DNA of 64,000 nucleotides from Chrysomallon squamiferum (Eukaryota; Animalia; Mollusca). Below are positions 27,426 through 45,601 of the stretch, one piece after another. The DNA lies in NCBI GenBank assembly GCA_012295275.1, contig CM022668.1:5952001-6016000 (forward strand), in the 5' to 3' direction. The notes below the pieces were generated by a model that searched no databases, was not told the DNA's origin, and was given only the letters and a program-made list of their open reading frames with translations. Numbering within the stretch: the stretch's first letter is position 1; every line of letters begins with the position of its first letter. A program made the position numbers and the translations under genes.

Positions 27426-29147
27426 CATGCATACACCAACAAATATTCTTATCTGAGATACAGTAAAGTTATTTTGTTTTATTTTTCAGGTATCTCGAAG
27501 GAAAGATGATACTTTGGATTCATCCCAGTTACAATATGAAGTAAGTAACATTTCAAATTAGTGTGTTTATTTTTTACCTGTTTGTATTCCAATGTGTTTA
27601 ACAGAAACAAATACATTTATAAGAAACTAATAGAAATTTTAGTTTAGTTTATATTGAAATGATAACAGATTTTATTTTACTTCAACCCCTCTCAAAACAC
27701 ATATATTCTTCTCATTAAATGCAGTAGAAGAAAATTACTTTTATATTAACTGACTTGTAAATTTTATCTGATTTCCTATTAATTGATAAGGATATTTAAA
27801 TATTTAAAAAAATATTTTTAATCCATTGATAAAAATCTATTTTTTTCAGTCCATGTTAAATGAAGTTTTGGATTGTTTACCAAGCGATGATCCTTTGATT
27901 TTAAGTATTCAGAAATTATATGATAATGTACACATGTTCAAAAAGGACCTAAAGGAGGAACACATTTTCTCGAAATATAAAGAGCCAGAACAAATCTTTG
28001 AAAATCATGATGATAAGTTCCCTGATACATTGCCAGAAAATGAACTCAGAGATCCTGTTGAAAGCTTGGAATCTGATGAAGATGAAGAGGTGAGTGTGAA
28101 CTGTTTAAATATCTTAAGACAGTCATGTGTATAAAATAAATGCAGTGGAACAAAATTTTGAGGTTGTTTGCTGAATCACTTCTACATAGAGACAAACTAA
28201 TTTTATCATATCTGAATTCAGATTTGATATAATGCTATTGTTGTTGTTGTTGTTGTTGCTATTGCTATTATTATTACTATTATTATTTTCTTCATCTTGT
28301 TGTTATTATCATCATCATCATTTTTATTATTGTTATTATTATTATTATTATTATTACTACTACTACTATTATTATCAATCTTATTATAATTATTGTTGTT
28401 GTTGTTGTTGTTGTTGTTATTATTATTATTATCATTATTAAAAGACATTCCTTAAATAAAAATATAGTGGTCAAACAGCATATGTTAAACAATTTCTTAA
28501 TAAGTTTTATTATTAATATTTCTGTAGTCTTCTGATCCTGAACTATACAACCAGAATGACCTGAGACTGTAGTGTGTGTCTGTTATCCCTTGTTGAAACA
28601 TAATTTTGTTATCCTAGCAGCATGATATAATTCTTCAGTTGATTATCCATATTTCACTACTTATCATGTTCTTGATGCTTCTGTATTTTACAGGGAGTAT
28701 GTATAAAGAGAACTTGTACATAACATTTTCAGACACTGAATATAATGTCTTAATTATATGGTTTTTAGGTAAACTACTATTCTGTTGTTTTTTCAGAACT
28801 CTCCAATAGACGAAATTACATTGGATTTATTAAAAGAACAATATGAAGTAAGTAACATTTAAAATTACTTATTTAAATGTTATCTCTTTATATACCTACT
28901 GGTATAGACAGTTCAGCAATATAAAAATGCAATATATTTCAGTTTATCAATATAAAAATGTTTTATTCCACCTCAGAAAAGCTAACATGAATTCTTCTCA
29001 TGAAATGTAGTAGAAAAAAATTACATTTATATTATATATGTGAATAATATCTATTTTCCTATTAATTAATCATAATACTGAAATAATTGTAAAATTTTTA
29101 TTATTATTATAGTTATTATTACAGTTACTATTACTGTTATTATTTTA

Positions 29148-29186
<39 letters not shown>

Positions 29187-31256
29187 AAAAAGACATTCCT
29201 TAAATAAAAATATAGTGGTCTAATAGCATATGTTAAACAATTACTTAATAAGTTTTATTTTTAATATTTCTGTAGTCTTCTGATCCCGAGCCATACAACA
29301 AGAATAACCATGAGGCTATGGTGAGTGTCTGTTATTCCTTGTTTAAACATAACTTCTGTTATCTTAGCAACATGTTATAATTCTTCTGTTCATTCTGTTC
29401 ATTATCTATATTTTACTATTTACAGTGTTCTAGATGCTTCTGAATCTTACAGGGAAAGGAGTATGTATAACCAGAGTTTTTTATAAAATCAATAACATTT
29501 TAAGGCACTTGATATAATGTCTAATTATATGGCTTTTTTGTAAAGTATTATTCTGTGGTATTTTTCAGGATTCTTCAATAAACGAAGTTACAGTGGATTT
29601 ATCAGAGGAATCATATGAAGTAAGTAACATTTAGAATTACTGTTTACTAATATTTTATGCAGAAATTTCAGTTTAGCAATATAAATTGATGAGTTTATGT
29701 TAGCCTAAATTAAACAGTTACTTAATAAGTTTTATTTTTAATATTTCTGCAGGCTTCTGATGTCGAACCATACAACCAGAATGATCCTGAGGATGAAGTG
29801 AGTTTCTGTTATTCCTTGTTTAAACATAAGTTTTGTTATCTCAGCAGTATGTTATAAATCTTCTGTTCATTATCCATATTTTACTATTTATGGCACTCTA
29901 GATGCTTCTATATTTTACAGGGGGTATGTATAATCAGAGATTATATATATAAGCCACAAAAAATTGAAAGCACTGAACATAACATCTAATTATATTGTTC
30001 CTTGGTAAATTATTATTCTGTTCATTTTTCAGACCTCCCCAATAAATGAAGCTACGCAGGGATTATCCAAAGTACTCTATAAAGTAAGTAACATCTAAAA
30101 TGACTGTTTTTACCTATTATCTCTTTATATTCCAGCTGCTATAGACAGAAACATAGTGAAATCAAAGAAACTAATATTTTATGCAAAATTTTCAGTTTAG
30201 CAATATAAAAATGGTTTATTCCATCTCAAAAAAGCAAACATGAATTCTTCTCATGAAATGTTGTGGACGAAAATTAGTTTTATATTATATAATGTGAATA
30301 CAATTTATTTTCATATTAATGAGAATGCTAAAGTATTTGTAAAATATGTTTAATCTATTGACAAAAAAATGTATTTCTTTTAGATCATGGTAAATGAAGA
30401 TTTGAAGAATTGGCCACAAGAAGATCCTCTGATTATGAATATTCAGAAATTATATAGCAAAATGCAAATGTTTAAAAAGGATCTTGAAGAAAATAGTGCA
30501 TTGGAGATGGACAGAGAAGAATGTGAAGAGAGAGAAAACTTTACCAGAATTCATGCTGTTAAGAATAGCAATAACTTAATGGGCATATCAAGAAAATCAT
30601 CAACAGAACTGAACAAAAGAGGAGAAATTTCAGAAAGATCTCCAGAGAAAACATTCCACAGATTGACAAACCAAGAACAACAAGATATAAAAAGATCACA
30701 AAAAAGAGTAGAGCGAGATGTTAAAATATTACCAGAGAGATCACCTCAAAGATTGAAATACCGAGAACAAGAAGAAGGAATAATTTACACATCACCAAAA
30801 ATATCACATGGAAGGATAAAAATGAACGAAGAGAGAATAGTTCACATGTCACCTAAAGTATCACGTAGAAAACTGAGAAAAAGAAAGGAGTTAGACTCTC
30901 AAAAATTACAAGAAATACCAAACAGAAAATCACTAATGAGAGAAAAAGGTATTTTTTTTATTTCACCTGAAATTTCACGAGATATTGGAAAGTCATCTGA
31001 ACAGTTGCATAAAAGATCGAGAAAGAGAGCAGAAGCATTTTTTATAATGTCACCCAAATTATCAAGCAGCTCAAATAAGCCAGAAGAACTCATTTTTAAA
31101 ATATCACCCAAAATATCACTCAGCAGCTTAAGAAAAAAAGAAGAAGAAATTCTAAAAATGTCACCTGAATTTGTACACAGAAAAAAAAAATACACAAAAC
31201 ATCGACCAAAGAGAAATAAACAAAGAGATGTCAGTACAGACACAGATACTGATTAG
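19260..31256 (+). CDS. Uncharacterised type-I membrane protein (~950 aa if all exons are used): signal peptide, LRRNT/LRRCT-like caps, TM, micro-exon-built acidic Tyr-bearing tail, basic SP-rich C-terminus
   Basis: Phase-consistent exons 19260-19438, 19871-19998 (VDIRNHNLKCSCEFLEFC), 20191-20469, 21644-21771 and 23069-23158 (TM FPLLLAIIIPCIFLLIVILILYLK). Then phase-0 exons ~23598-23798 (acceptor uncertain), 24085-24129, 24439-24483, 24870-24914, 25298-25330, 25837-25887, 26309-26545, 27490-27540, 27850-28089, 28797-28847, 29276-29320, 29569-29619, 29753-29797, 30033-30083 and 30384-31256 (stop). Confidence 0.82.
20863..21294. mobile_element. Decayed Tigger/pogo-type MITE in an intron
   Basis: TA-flanked imperfect TIRs CTGTGGTCCTCAATTTCATGGA / TCCATGAAAATGAGGGTCAACAG. 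Confidence 0.6.
28528..28571 (+). pseudogene. Dead copy of the 45-nt micro-exon family
   Basis: SSDPELYNQND matches exons 29276 and 29753, but this copy is 44 nt (1-nt deletion) with a weakened GTGTGT donor. Confidence 0.65.
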
Positions 31257-31339
31257 ATACTGAACTCCTCTGTAATCAAATATTAAAATCTGTTAACATT
31301 GCAAACAACAAAAATAACTGTTGAAAATAATCATAGTTA

Positions 31340-32839
31340 TGAACCGGTGCCCTGACGGTGATACTTTGATTATAAGTATTCAGAAATTATATAGCAAAGT
31401 GCAGATGTTTAAAAAGGATCTAGAAGAGAAATGTTTATTGGAGATGGTAGCAGGAGAATGTAAAGAGTGAAAAAACATCACCAGAATTCATGATGTTAAA
31501 AACAGCAACAATCTGATGGGTGTATCAAGAAAATCATCAACAGAACTGAACAAAAGACAAAGACAAATTTTGGAAAGATCACCAGAGAAGTCCTCCCACA
31601 GATTGAAATTCTAACAAGAGCAAGATCAAACAAAATCAAAAAACATGTCACAAAGATGATTCAAAAAAGTATTGCTAAAATATTACCAGAGAAGTCCACA
31701 GATTGAAATACCAGATGAACAAGATGTTAAAATACCAGAGATGAACAAGATAACAAAAAACAAGATGTTGAAAAAACATTGAAATCACAAAACAAGATGT
31801 TAAAATCAGAAAACAGATTGAAATACTGAGATGAACAAGATGTTAAAATATTACCAGAGAAGTCCTCCCACAGATTGAAATACTGAGATGAACAAGATAT
31901 TAAAATATTACCAGAGAAGTCCTCCCACAGATTGAAATACTGAGATGAGCAAGATGTTAAAATATTACCAGAGAAGTCCTCCCACAGATTGAAATACTGA
32001 GATGAACAAGATATTAAAATATTACCAGAGAAGTCCTCCCACAGATTGAAATACTGAGATGAACAAGATGTTAAAATATTACCAGAGAAGTCCTCCCACA
32101 GATTGAAATACCTTGAACAAGATGTCAAAAATCACAAAACATGATGCAGAAAATGTTAAAATATTACCAGAGAAGTCCTCCCACAGATTGAAATACTGAA
32201 CAAGATGATGAACAAGATTGAAATACCGAGATGAACAAGATGATAAAATATTACCAGAGAAGTCCTCCCACAGATTGAAATACCAAGATGAACAAGTAGA
32301 TAAAAATGACAGAAGATGTCACTTATAAGATCTCAAAGGAAGGAAGGAATAATTTACGTCACCAAAAATACCACATGGAAGAATAAAAATGAAAGAAGAG
32401 AGAATAGTTGACATGTCACCTAAAATATCACATAGAAGACTGAGAATAAGAAAAGAGTTAGACTCTCAAAAATTACAAGAAATAGCAAATAGAAAATTAC
32501 TAATGAGTTAAAAGGGAATTTGTTGGAATGTCATCTGAACAGTTGCATAAAAGATTGAGAAAGAGAGCAAAAGCATTTTTTATAATGTCATCCAAATTAT
32601 CAAGTAGCTCAACAAAGCCAGAAGAACTCATTTTTAAAATATCACCCAAAATATCACTCAGCAGTGTAAGAAAAGGAGAAGATGAAATACTAGGAATGTC
32701 AGCTGAATTTGTACACAGTAGAAAGAAATACTGAAAACAGTGATGAAAGAGTCATAAAGATATCTCAGTAGACACAGAGACTGATTAGATGTTGAAGTCC
32801 TCTGTAATCAAATATTAAAATCTGATAACATTGCAAACA
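31340..32839 (+). pseudogene. Degenerate tandem duplicate of the terminal exon (30384-31306)
   Basis: Collinear from DTLIISIQKLYSKVQMFKKDLEE through DTETD* and the 3' flank, with many stops and frameshifts. Confidence 0.85.
31810..32296 (+). repeat. 57-bp tandem repeat (19 codons, EQDVKILPEKSSHRLKY*D) inside the duplicated exon
   Basis: Unit GAACAAGATGTTAAAATATTACCAGAGAAGTCCTCCCACAGATTGAAATACTGAGAT; about 5 near-perfect copies plus partial ones. Confidence 0.9.
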
Positions 32840-33479
32840 GTACTTTTCTTCTGAGATCGATTGTTAAGCACCAAGTGGAGATTAACTTTCTTTGCCTCTA
32901 AAACTGATATGTTAATTCTTAATAATGCTTGTAAGTACAAATGATTGAAAAGGAGATATTTTGGAGATAAATACAGAGTGGTGTAAAAAGCCAGAAAGCT
33001 TCAGTGAAAATCTTAGAATTATAAAGAGTAATAAATTACCAAGGTGTATAAAGAAAGTGAAAACAAAAGAATTTCAAAATTAACCATAAGAGAAATCAAA
33101 ACATAGAAGAAACTAAAACTTTATATAAGTTTAGCAACATAGAACTGTTTTATTTGATTCCATGTCAGAAAAATGGAAAGAAGTTGAAGAAAATTAGATT
33201 CCAATTTGTGAACAATGCAAACTTTAAATCCTTACCAGAAACATCATCAACAAGATTTTCAAACACTTTGGTAATAATTTTGTTATATTCTGTATATAAT
33301 ATTATAACAAATATTTTTTATTTTCTAAAAAAAAATACAAAAAAAAAATTAAATTAAATTAAAAATATATATAATCAATAAAAAACAATTACAAAAAAAA
33401 TATAAAAAAAGTATTTTGATATTCAAATTTACCTTTAATTAGTTTTAATTCTTATCCACATTTTTTTTTTTTTTTTTTT

Positions 33480-34061
33480 TTTTAAATATTTGTACTTGTA
33501 AATAAAGTGAGAAAAAGGTTTTTAAAAAAAAAAAAAAAAAAAAATGGATGAAATGTATTTATTCTTTATATATATAGATTTATATTTTATATTTCTCTCT
33601 ATCCATGTCTCTCTCTCTCTCACACACATATAATTGTAGGAAAAAGAATTAATAGATTTTTTTTTAAATTTTTTTAAATATATGCACTTGTAAATAAACA
33701 GAAAAAGTGTTTTATTTTTAAATATATTGTACAAATGTATTTATTCTTTATATATATATATTATATTTCTGTCTCTCTCACTAACACATATAATCTTAGG
33801 AAAAAGAAGTCTTTAATTTTTTTTAAAAAATTTTTAAATATCTGTACTTGTAAATAAACTTAGAAAAAGTTTTTTTTTTTGTTTTTTTTTTTAAATAATA
33901 TATGGCAGAAATATATTCTTCATATATATATTTATATTTCTCTCTATCTGTGACTCTCACACACATATAATTGTTTTGATTTTTTAAATATATGTACTTG
34001 TAAATAAAGTGAGAAAAAGGTGGGTTTTAAAAAAAATATATATGGTAGAAATGTATTTATT

Positions 34062-34107
<46 letters not shown>

Positions 34108-35140
34108 TATCTTTCTTTCTCTCACTCACAACCCACCACATAATTTTTTGAATATAAACAGTATGTAATTTATTTCTTTTTTGTTTTTTTACATTTTTAT
34201 GCTGTTTAGAACGTGTATATTTTTGGGTGTATTTGTATGTAAGATCATAGTTTAATTTTTATTAATTTACTTCATAAAAGTATATTAGTTTAGAAAAATA
34301 TATATTATTATATTTAGGGTCTTTAGATAAAAATAAAAATGGTTTTTATGTCCTTGTGGGTTAAAGGGGGTGAAAGCTTTTTTTTTTTAAATGTTTACTT
34401 GATGTATATTTATTTTTTATATTATAGTTTATTATCTTATCTCATACATACATACAGACACACACAAATATTAGATAAAATAATATGAAAATTTATATTG
34501 GATATGTATTATTTTTTATATTACATATAAACCTTTTATTATTATATTTAGGATCGTAAGAGTGTATTCATATATATATATATATAAACAGTATGTAATT
34601 TATTTAATTAGTTTTTTATTATTTATTTATTATTTTTTATTATTAATATATATAAATATTTCTTTTTTGCTTTTTACATTTTAATGCTGTTTAGAACGTG
34701 TATATTTTGTATGTATTTATATATAGTTTAATTTTTATTATTTTACTTCATAAATGTATATTAGTTTAGAAAAATATATATTATTATATTTAGGGTCTTT
34801 AGATAAAAATAAAAATGGTATTTATGTCCTTGTGGATTAAAGTGGGGAAGGCTTTTTTTTTTAAATGTTTACTGGATGTGTATTTACTTTTTATATTTGA
34901 ATTTGTTATTTCAAATCTTTGTATTATCATTATTATTATATTTTGGATGTTTCAAAACAGAAGATTTAGTTTTGAAGATATCTGGATCTATTTTTGCATA
35001 CTATATTATACAAGATTTTATTTTAATTTTTATTATATTACTTTAAAACATTTTTATTAGTATACTTAGAATCTTTAAGATTAAAAAGGAAAATAATCAT
35101 GGAGTTTTTGTATTTGTGGGTAAAAGGGGGAGAAGGCTTT
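33480..35140. repeat. Imperfect AT-rich tandem duplications
   Basis: TTTAAATAT.TGTACTTGTAAATAAA.. recurs at ~33481, 33673, 33833 and 33983. Block ~34150-34440 is repeated at ~34580-34900. Confidence 0.7.
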
Positions 35141-35619
35141 TTTAAAATGTATAATGATATAAATATATTCTTAATACCGTACTTTTTTATTTTTTCGTAT
35201 TTTACACTTTTATTCTATTTTATACATTATATATGCATACTTTTTATGTATTATAGATAAGATATTAATTTAATTTATCTTAATTTAATTTTTATCATAT
35301 TCCTTTAAAAAACAATATATTTGAGATCTTCATTTTGTGTATTGTAGGTAAGATATTAATTATTATTATTATTATTATGAATATACACACTCAAGCACTA
35401 GGTTCTTTTTTTATGTATATTTATTTTTCATATTATAGTTTTTTATCTTATTTTTGATCTCATATATATAGACACATACATACTCAGGATCTTTCTTTTG
35501 AGTATTGAAGTTAATTTTGTTTATTATTATTATTATTATATTTAGGATCTTACACCCCCCACTAGGTTCTTTTTTATGTATATTTATTTTTCATATTTCT
35601 TTTATATTATTTTGAATCT

Positions 35620-36340
35620 CATATCTGTGTGTCTGTGTGTGTGTATGTGTGTATGTGTGTTTATATACAAAAACAACTTAAAAAACCACAAACTATAATT
35701 TTCTCTTCCCTACTAAATGATACTTGTATTGATATTTTAATTTTATATTTTTATGCTGTATGTAATGTCATGTTATTTTCAGTCTCATATATGTGTGTGT
35801 GGGGGGTTATATTCAAAAAATAAATAAACGATAATTTTCTTTTCTCTACTAAATGATACTTGTACTGATACTTTAATTTAATTTTATATTTTTATGCTGT
35901 ATGTAATGTCGTGTTATTTTCAATCTCATATATGTGTGTCTGGGGGGTTATATACAAAAATAACACAAAAAAGAAATAAATAATAATTTTTTCTCTACTA
36001 AAGGATATTTTAATTGTAATTTTATATGTTTATGCTATTTGTAATGTCATGTTATTTTCAATCTCATATGTGTGTGTGTGCGGGGGTTATATACAAAAAA
36101 AACAAACAAATAATAAATTTCTTTTCTCTACTAAACCATTCTTGTATTGATATTTTAATTGTAATTTTATATGTTTATGCTATAAGTGATGTCATGTTAT
36201 TTTCAATCTCAGATATATATGTGTGTGGGGGGTTATATACAAAAACAACACAAAAAAACAACAAATAATAATTTTCTTTTCTCTACTAAACCATACTTGT
36301 ATTTATATTTTATGTAATGTCATGCTATTTTCAATCTTAT
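35620..36340. repeat. ~140-bp unit tandem repeat, about 5 copies
   Basis: CTACTAAA..TGATATTTTAATT..TTATGCT..TAATGTCATGTTATTTTCAATCTCATAT..GGGGGTTATATACAAAA recurs. Confidence 0.8.
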
Positions 36341-36609
36341 ATATAATATATTGCTACTAAAACCCCCTCCTTTTTCACACTTTATTTGCCAAAACAGTCT
36401 TTACACAATAAAATTGTTTTTGTTATACTTCATTAATAGCCTGTTCTTTTATTAACTTTTGCTGCTCTGTTTTATAATGATTTATTTGACTATATCAAAA
36501 TTATATTTATTACATTCATATTTCATTGTCAATGTGATATATCTATCTGTCTATCTCTCTATTTTCATTCTTTTTTTTTTTATACTTTTAATCCTATTCT
36601 CATTTTTAT

Positions 36610-36679
<70 letters not shown>

Positions 36680-38824
36680 GTCTGTCTGTCTGTCTCTAAC
36701 AAGCACACAAATAGTTTAAATACAAGGATATGTGCACATACTGAATGCATTTTCAAACACAGATACAGATTCAAAGTTAGGGCAATACAATAGAAGAAAT
36801 GTCCAATGTGGAACACATGGAGTAGTACATCATTTATTCCAAAACCTAATAAACCAAGAGAATTCAATTGCTTTAAATCAAAAGGAATTTTAATAGAAAA
36901 TAAAATACATTTTCAAACATGTTTACTTTATATTTAAACTGGAATTGGGATCAGAAAATATTTATTTTACTAAGTAAAATGTTTAAATTAACTTGGAACA
37001 AAATGATAGAATTAAATTATGATAAAAAAAATTACTATAAATAACAAAATAATGAAATTATGGACTGAATATTATTTGTATTAGGAATACTAACTGTTCT
37101 AAAATCACTAATATTACCTAAACTACTTTATTTGTTGTTTTTACCAAATCCATGTGGAATGGCTGTAAATTCCTTAGTTTTTAAATTTATCTGGCGTAAT
37201 AAATAAGAAAAGTTAAAATGCACTTTAATAATGTAAGATTTCAGATAAGATGGTATTAAAATGACAAAAGGTTTCTGTTTGATGACAGTATTAAAATGCA
37301 TATGAGTTAGATGAATGTTCTTAAAAACTTCAAAATGGAATGTTATTTAAATCAGTAACAAAAATATCATCAAATGATTCACTTATGTACGGTGACTATT
37401 TTATAAAATGCTAAACTGAACAAATGTTAAACAGTTTTCAGAGAGATGCTTTAGCAAGTTGGCTTAAATTACAAGAAAAACAAAAACCACAAGACATAAT
37501 TATTATTTTAAGCATTAATATTAGATGTAATAGTGGAACATGCAAACACAATAAAACATTTTCATACATAAACTATTTCAACAGGGTATACATTTAATAA
37601 ATGACTTATTAAATGAATATGGATACTTTTTAACATGAAGAATTTATAACAAAATACAATGATTCCTTGAATATGCTTCATTAGTAAAACCAGAAAATCT
37701 ACATAAATTATACAAATGATACAACCTTTAGAAATCCTCAAAAATGCTGTTTTTCCTTTTAAACTGAATATTTTACTCAAAACTGGCTGCAAAGATATAT
37801 ATGAGCTATTAAATTCTCACAATTATACTAAAAACACAAATAAAATATGCAAGTTATGGATTTATTTATGACACTAAACAAGGTGAGCAATATTATGTTT
37901 ATTTTTAATGAAATTTCAACTACTAAAACAATTTTAGATATGATTTATTTAATTAATAGTAATATTTGCAGTCGTTGCATTAAAACCCCTGAAACAATAC
38001 AACATTTAATTTTTTTTTGATGTAATATTATTAATTGCTTATGGTATACAATTCATACATGGATTCTAAAAAAACAAAAAACATGAATTCTTTCAGTTTT
38101 AGTAAATTTTAGTTGCTATGTTTATGACAAATAATGAAAAATAGTAATGTGAAATATATTTATTGCACATATACAGAGACACAAAACAGAGAAAAGTGCA
38201 TATCAGTGCCGTTAAAAAAAACATAAAAAATAAATAAATTTGAATTATAAAAATATATTATTACAAAAACTTAAATTATGAAAAAATCAAGAATCAAAGA
38301 AATGTATCGGAATGTATTTAGATATATATATATATATATAAATGTGTGTATGCTTGTTTATATGATCCATGTATGTATTTATTTGTTGTGTATGTGTCTA
38401 TATATAAATGTGTGTGTGTGTCTGCAAAAAAGAAAAAAATTCATTTCACAAATACCTTACTACGCCCTCCTAAATAAATTTTTTAAACTGTATACAGAAC
38501 ACTACAAAGAACAATAATTTATTCATATCTTTAAACATAGAACCGGAAATAGAATCAACTTTCGTTTATCATCCTCTAAATATCGTCATCAATAAATACC
38601 CATGCAGGGCCTCTAAGTTATATATTCAAGACTAAATTGGTCTTACCTTCAAAACAAAATTAGTCCTGTTTTCAGTATTAAGCTCATCTTATATTTAACC
38701 ACGAATGAGTTATTTTCAAGACAAAACTAGACTTATATTTAATATTATACTGGTGTTATTTTCACAATAAAACTCCTGTCTTCAATATTGCAGTCTTGCC
38801 CTCAGTATTAAACTGCTCTAATCT

Positions 38825-43175
<4,351 letters not shown>

Positions 43176-44723
43176 GTTTCAAATAATTTCTTTTCTATTC
43201 GCTTCCTTTAAACTTAAACCTAAAATTAAATAATGGAGAATTAAATTTGCAAACAAAATTTGCTTTAAGATAAACTTTGAAAATAATGTACTGATATACC
43301 TCCGTTCTCATTACAATTTATGCAGAAACAGGTTTTTTTTGGTCTTATATCGATTTAGGTTTGCTTTCATTTTAAGTACTTTTTAATTATTAACAGACGT
43401 TAAAAGCAGACAGTTTCAGACATAATGGAGGGAGTTTGCCATATGATAATTATCTAAAGGTTTTATCACAGAGCACAATTCGTGTATCTGAAAACGAAAA
43501 AGGTTTTATTTACGAAAATGAATGATGATACTACTTCCTGTACAGTAGTAGTAGCAGCAGTAATATAAGTAGTAGATATTGTGATGATTTGCGGTTTAAA
43601 CAGTAGTAGTAGTAGAAAGAGTAGTAGTAAAAGTAGTAGTAATAGTCTTAGTTTGGTTAGTAGCAGTGTTGGTGGTGGTGGTTGTAGATGTTGCAAAAGT
43701 AGTGATAGTAGTCATGATAATGATAGTAATGGTAATATTAGTAGCAGTAAATGGATAATTGTAGCGGTGTCAGTTTTGGTACAAGTAGTAGTAGTGGTAA
43801 TACCAGTAGTAGTGGTAGTAATGGCGGTGGCACTATGGTTGTAGTGGTAGAAGACGTAACTGTTTAGTTGTTATTGTGCTCAACATCATTATTATTATTG
43901 TTGTTGTTGTTAAAATGAAGATGCAGTTCTTTACTTCGCAAGAGACAGTTTAGAACCACCACGTGATACTACGTCATGATACAGAGTCTCTGCTGGAAAT
44001 GTCTGATTTCAGACAAGTCGCGTCGTGTGAATGAACCTTTAAAATTCACCTTCATAGCCAACTGGCAAGCAATTAATAATTTAAAGCGATTTTTATATTT
44101 GTTTTAACCCCTTTGGAAGAAATACAATAACTGTTGTCACGGAACATTAACTGTTTAGTGTATCATGAATGTTATCTAGTTTCTTTCTTTAAGTGCTTTT
44201 CCTAGAACATCGTGAATATTGATGTGTACAACCCAAAAGATATACAGCCACGCGAAGGACATAGTGATGATAATGACTGTGATGATGATGATCATTATCA
44301 TCCTGTAATAATTATGATTATGACAGTAAAAGAAATAATGTAACGACGACAAGAACAGAATGATAACCTAAATAATAAGAATTATAATGAAAACAATTAC
44401 AGCAACAGCAACAACAACAACAACAATACTAATATTAATAATACATAGACTTATACAATATTTACGACAGTTACGCCAAATCAGACAAAAAATAAAACTA
44501 TATATATACTAAAAAATTCAGTTTTGTCGTACATCTATTAACAGTTACCATAGCAACAAATATTCAACAACAACAACAACATTAACAACAACATCAACAA
44601 CATTAATTTATGACAAATAAGTTCGTCTGTGCGCTATTCTTTTACTAATGTCAACGACTGAACTAGCTGTTTTTAAACTTAGAAATCCTTTCAAGTTCTT
44701 TGTATAAATACACCTGTGCACCA

Positions 44724-45075
<352 letters not shown>

Positions 45076-45239
45076 ACATTGTGTGTCATATAAATATCAT
45101 TTTGAAATTCATTATAGTTTCCATGATTATCAAAGATACTATGACCACGGTGTTTTGATTAAATTATAAAATAATATAGTATTATAATATTATAATAACG
45201 CAGACAGGAAGAGAGCGGCAGACAAACAAACATCCATTC

Positions 45240-45601
45240 AATGTCGACACAGATTCGCCTTGTCGACACTTGTATTTTCAATGCCGACACTTATCCATTC
45301 TTTGTCAACATTTATCCTTTCTCTGCCGACATTTATCCAATCACTGCCGACACCTATCTATTGTCTATTATCTATCTATTGTCTATTGACACCTATCCAT
45401 TGACTGCCGACATTAGCCCATTATGTGCCGACACTTATCCAATCACTGCTGACACCTATCTATTTTCTATCGACTGATTGTCGTTGATTGCCGACATTTG
45501 TCCATTCTCTGCCGACACTTATCCAATCACTGCCGACACCTATCTATTTTCTATCGACTGATTGTCGTTGATTGCCGACATTTGTCCATTCTCTGCCGAC
45601 A
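45240..45601. repeat. ~21-bp GCCGACAC-cored minisatellite with a higher-order duplication
   Basis: TGCCGACAC(T/C)TATCCA.. is repeated; 45426-45510 is duplicated at ~45510-45601. Confidence 0.85.

Noticed and set aside
31727-32128. 133-aa minus-strand repeat ORF (SCSSQYFNLWEDFSGNIL)
   Set aside because: Antisense shadow of the 57-bp repeat derived from the plus-strand exon.
45241-45477. ADTYP-repeat ORF
   Set aside because: Product of a ~21-bp minisatellite with no splice or start context.
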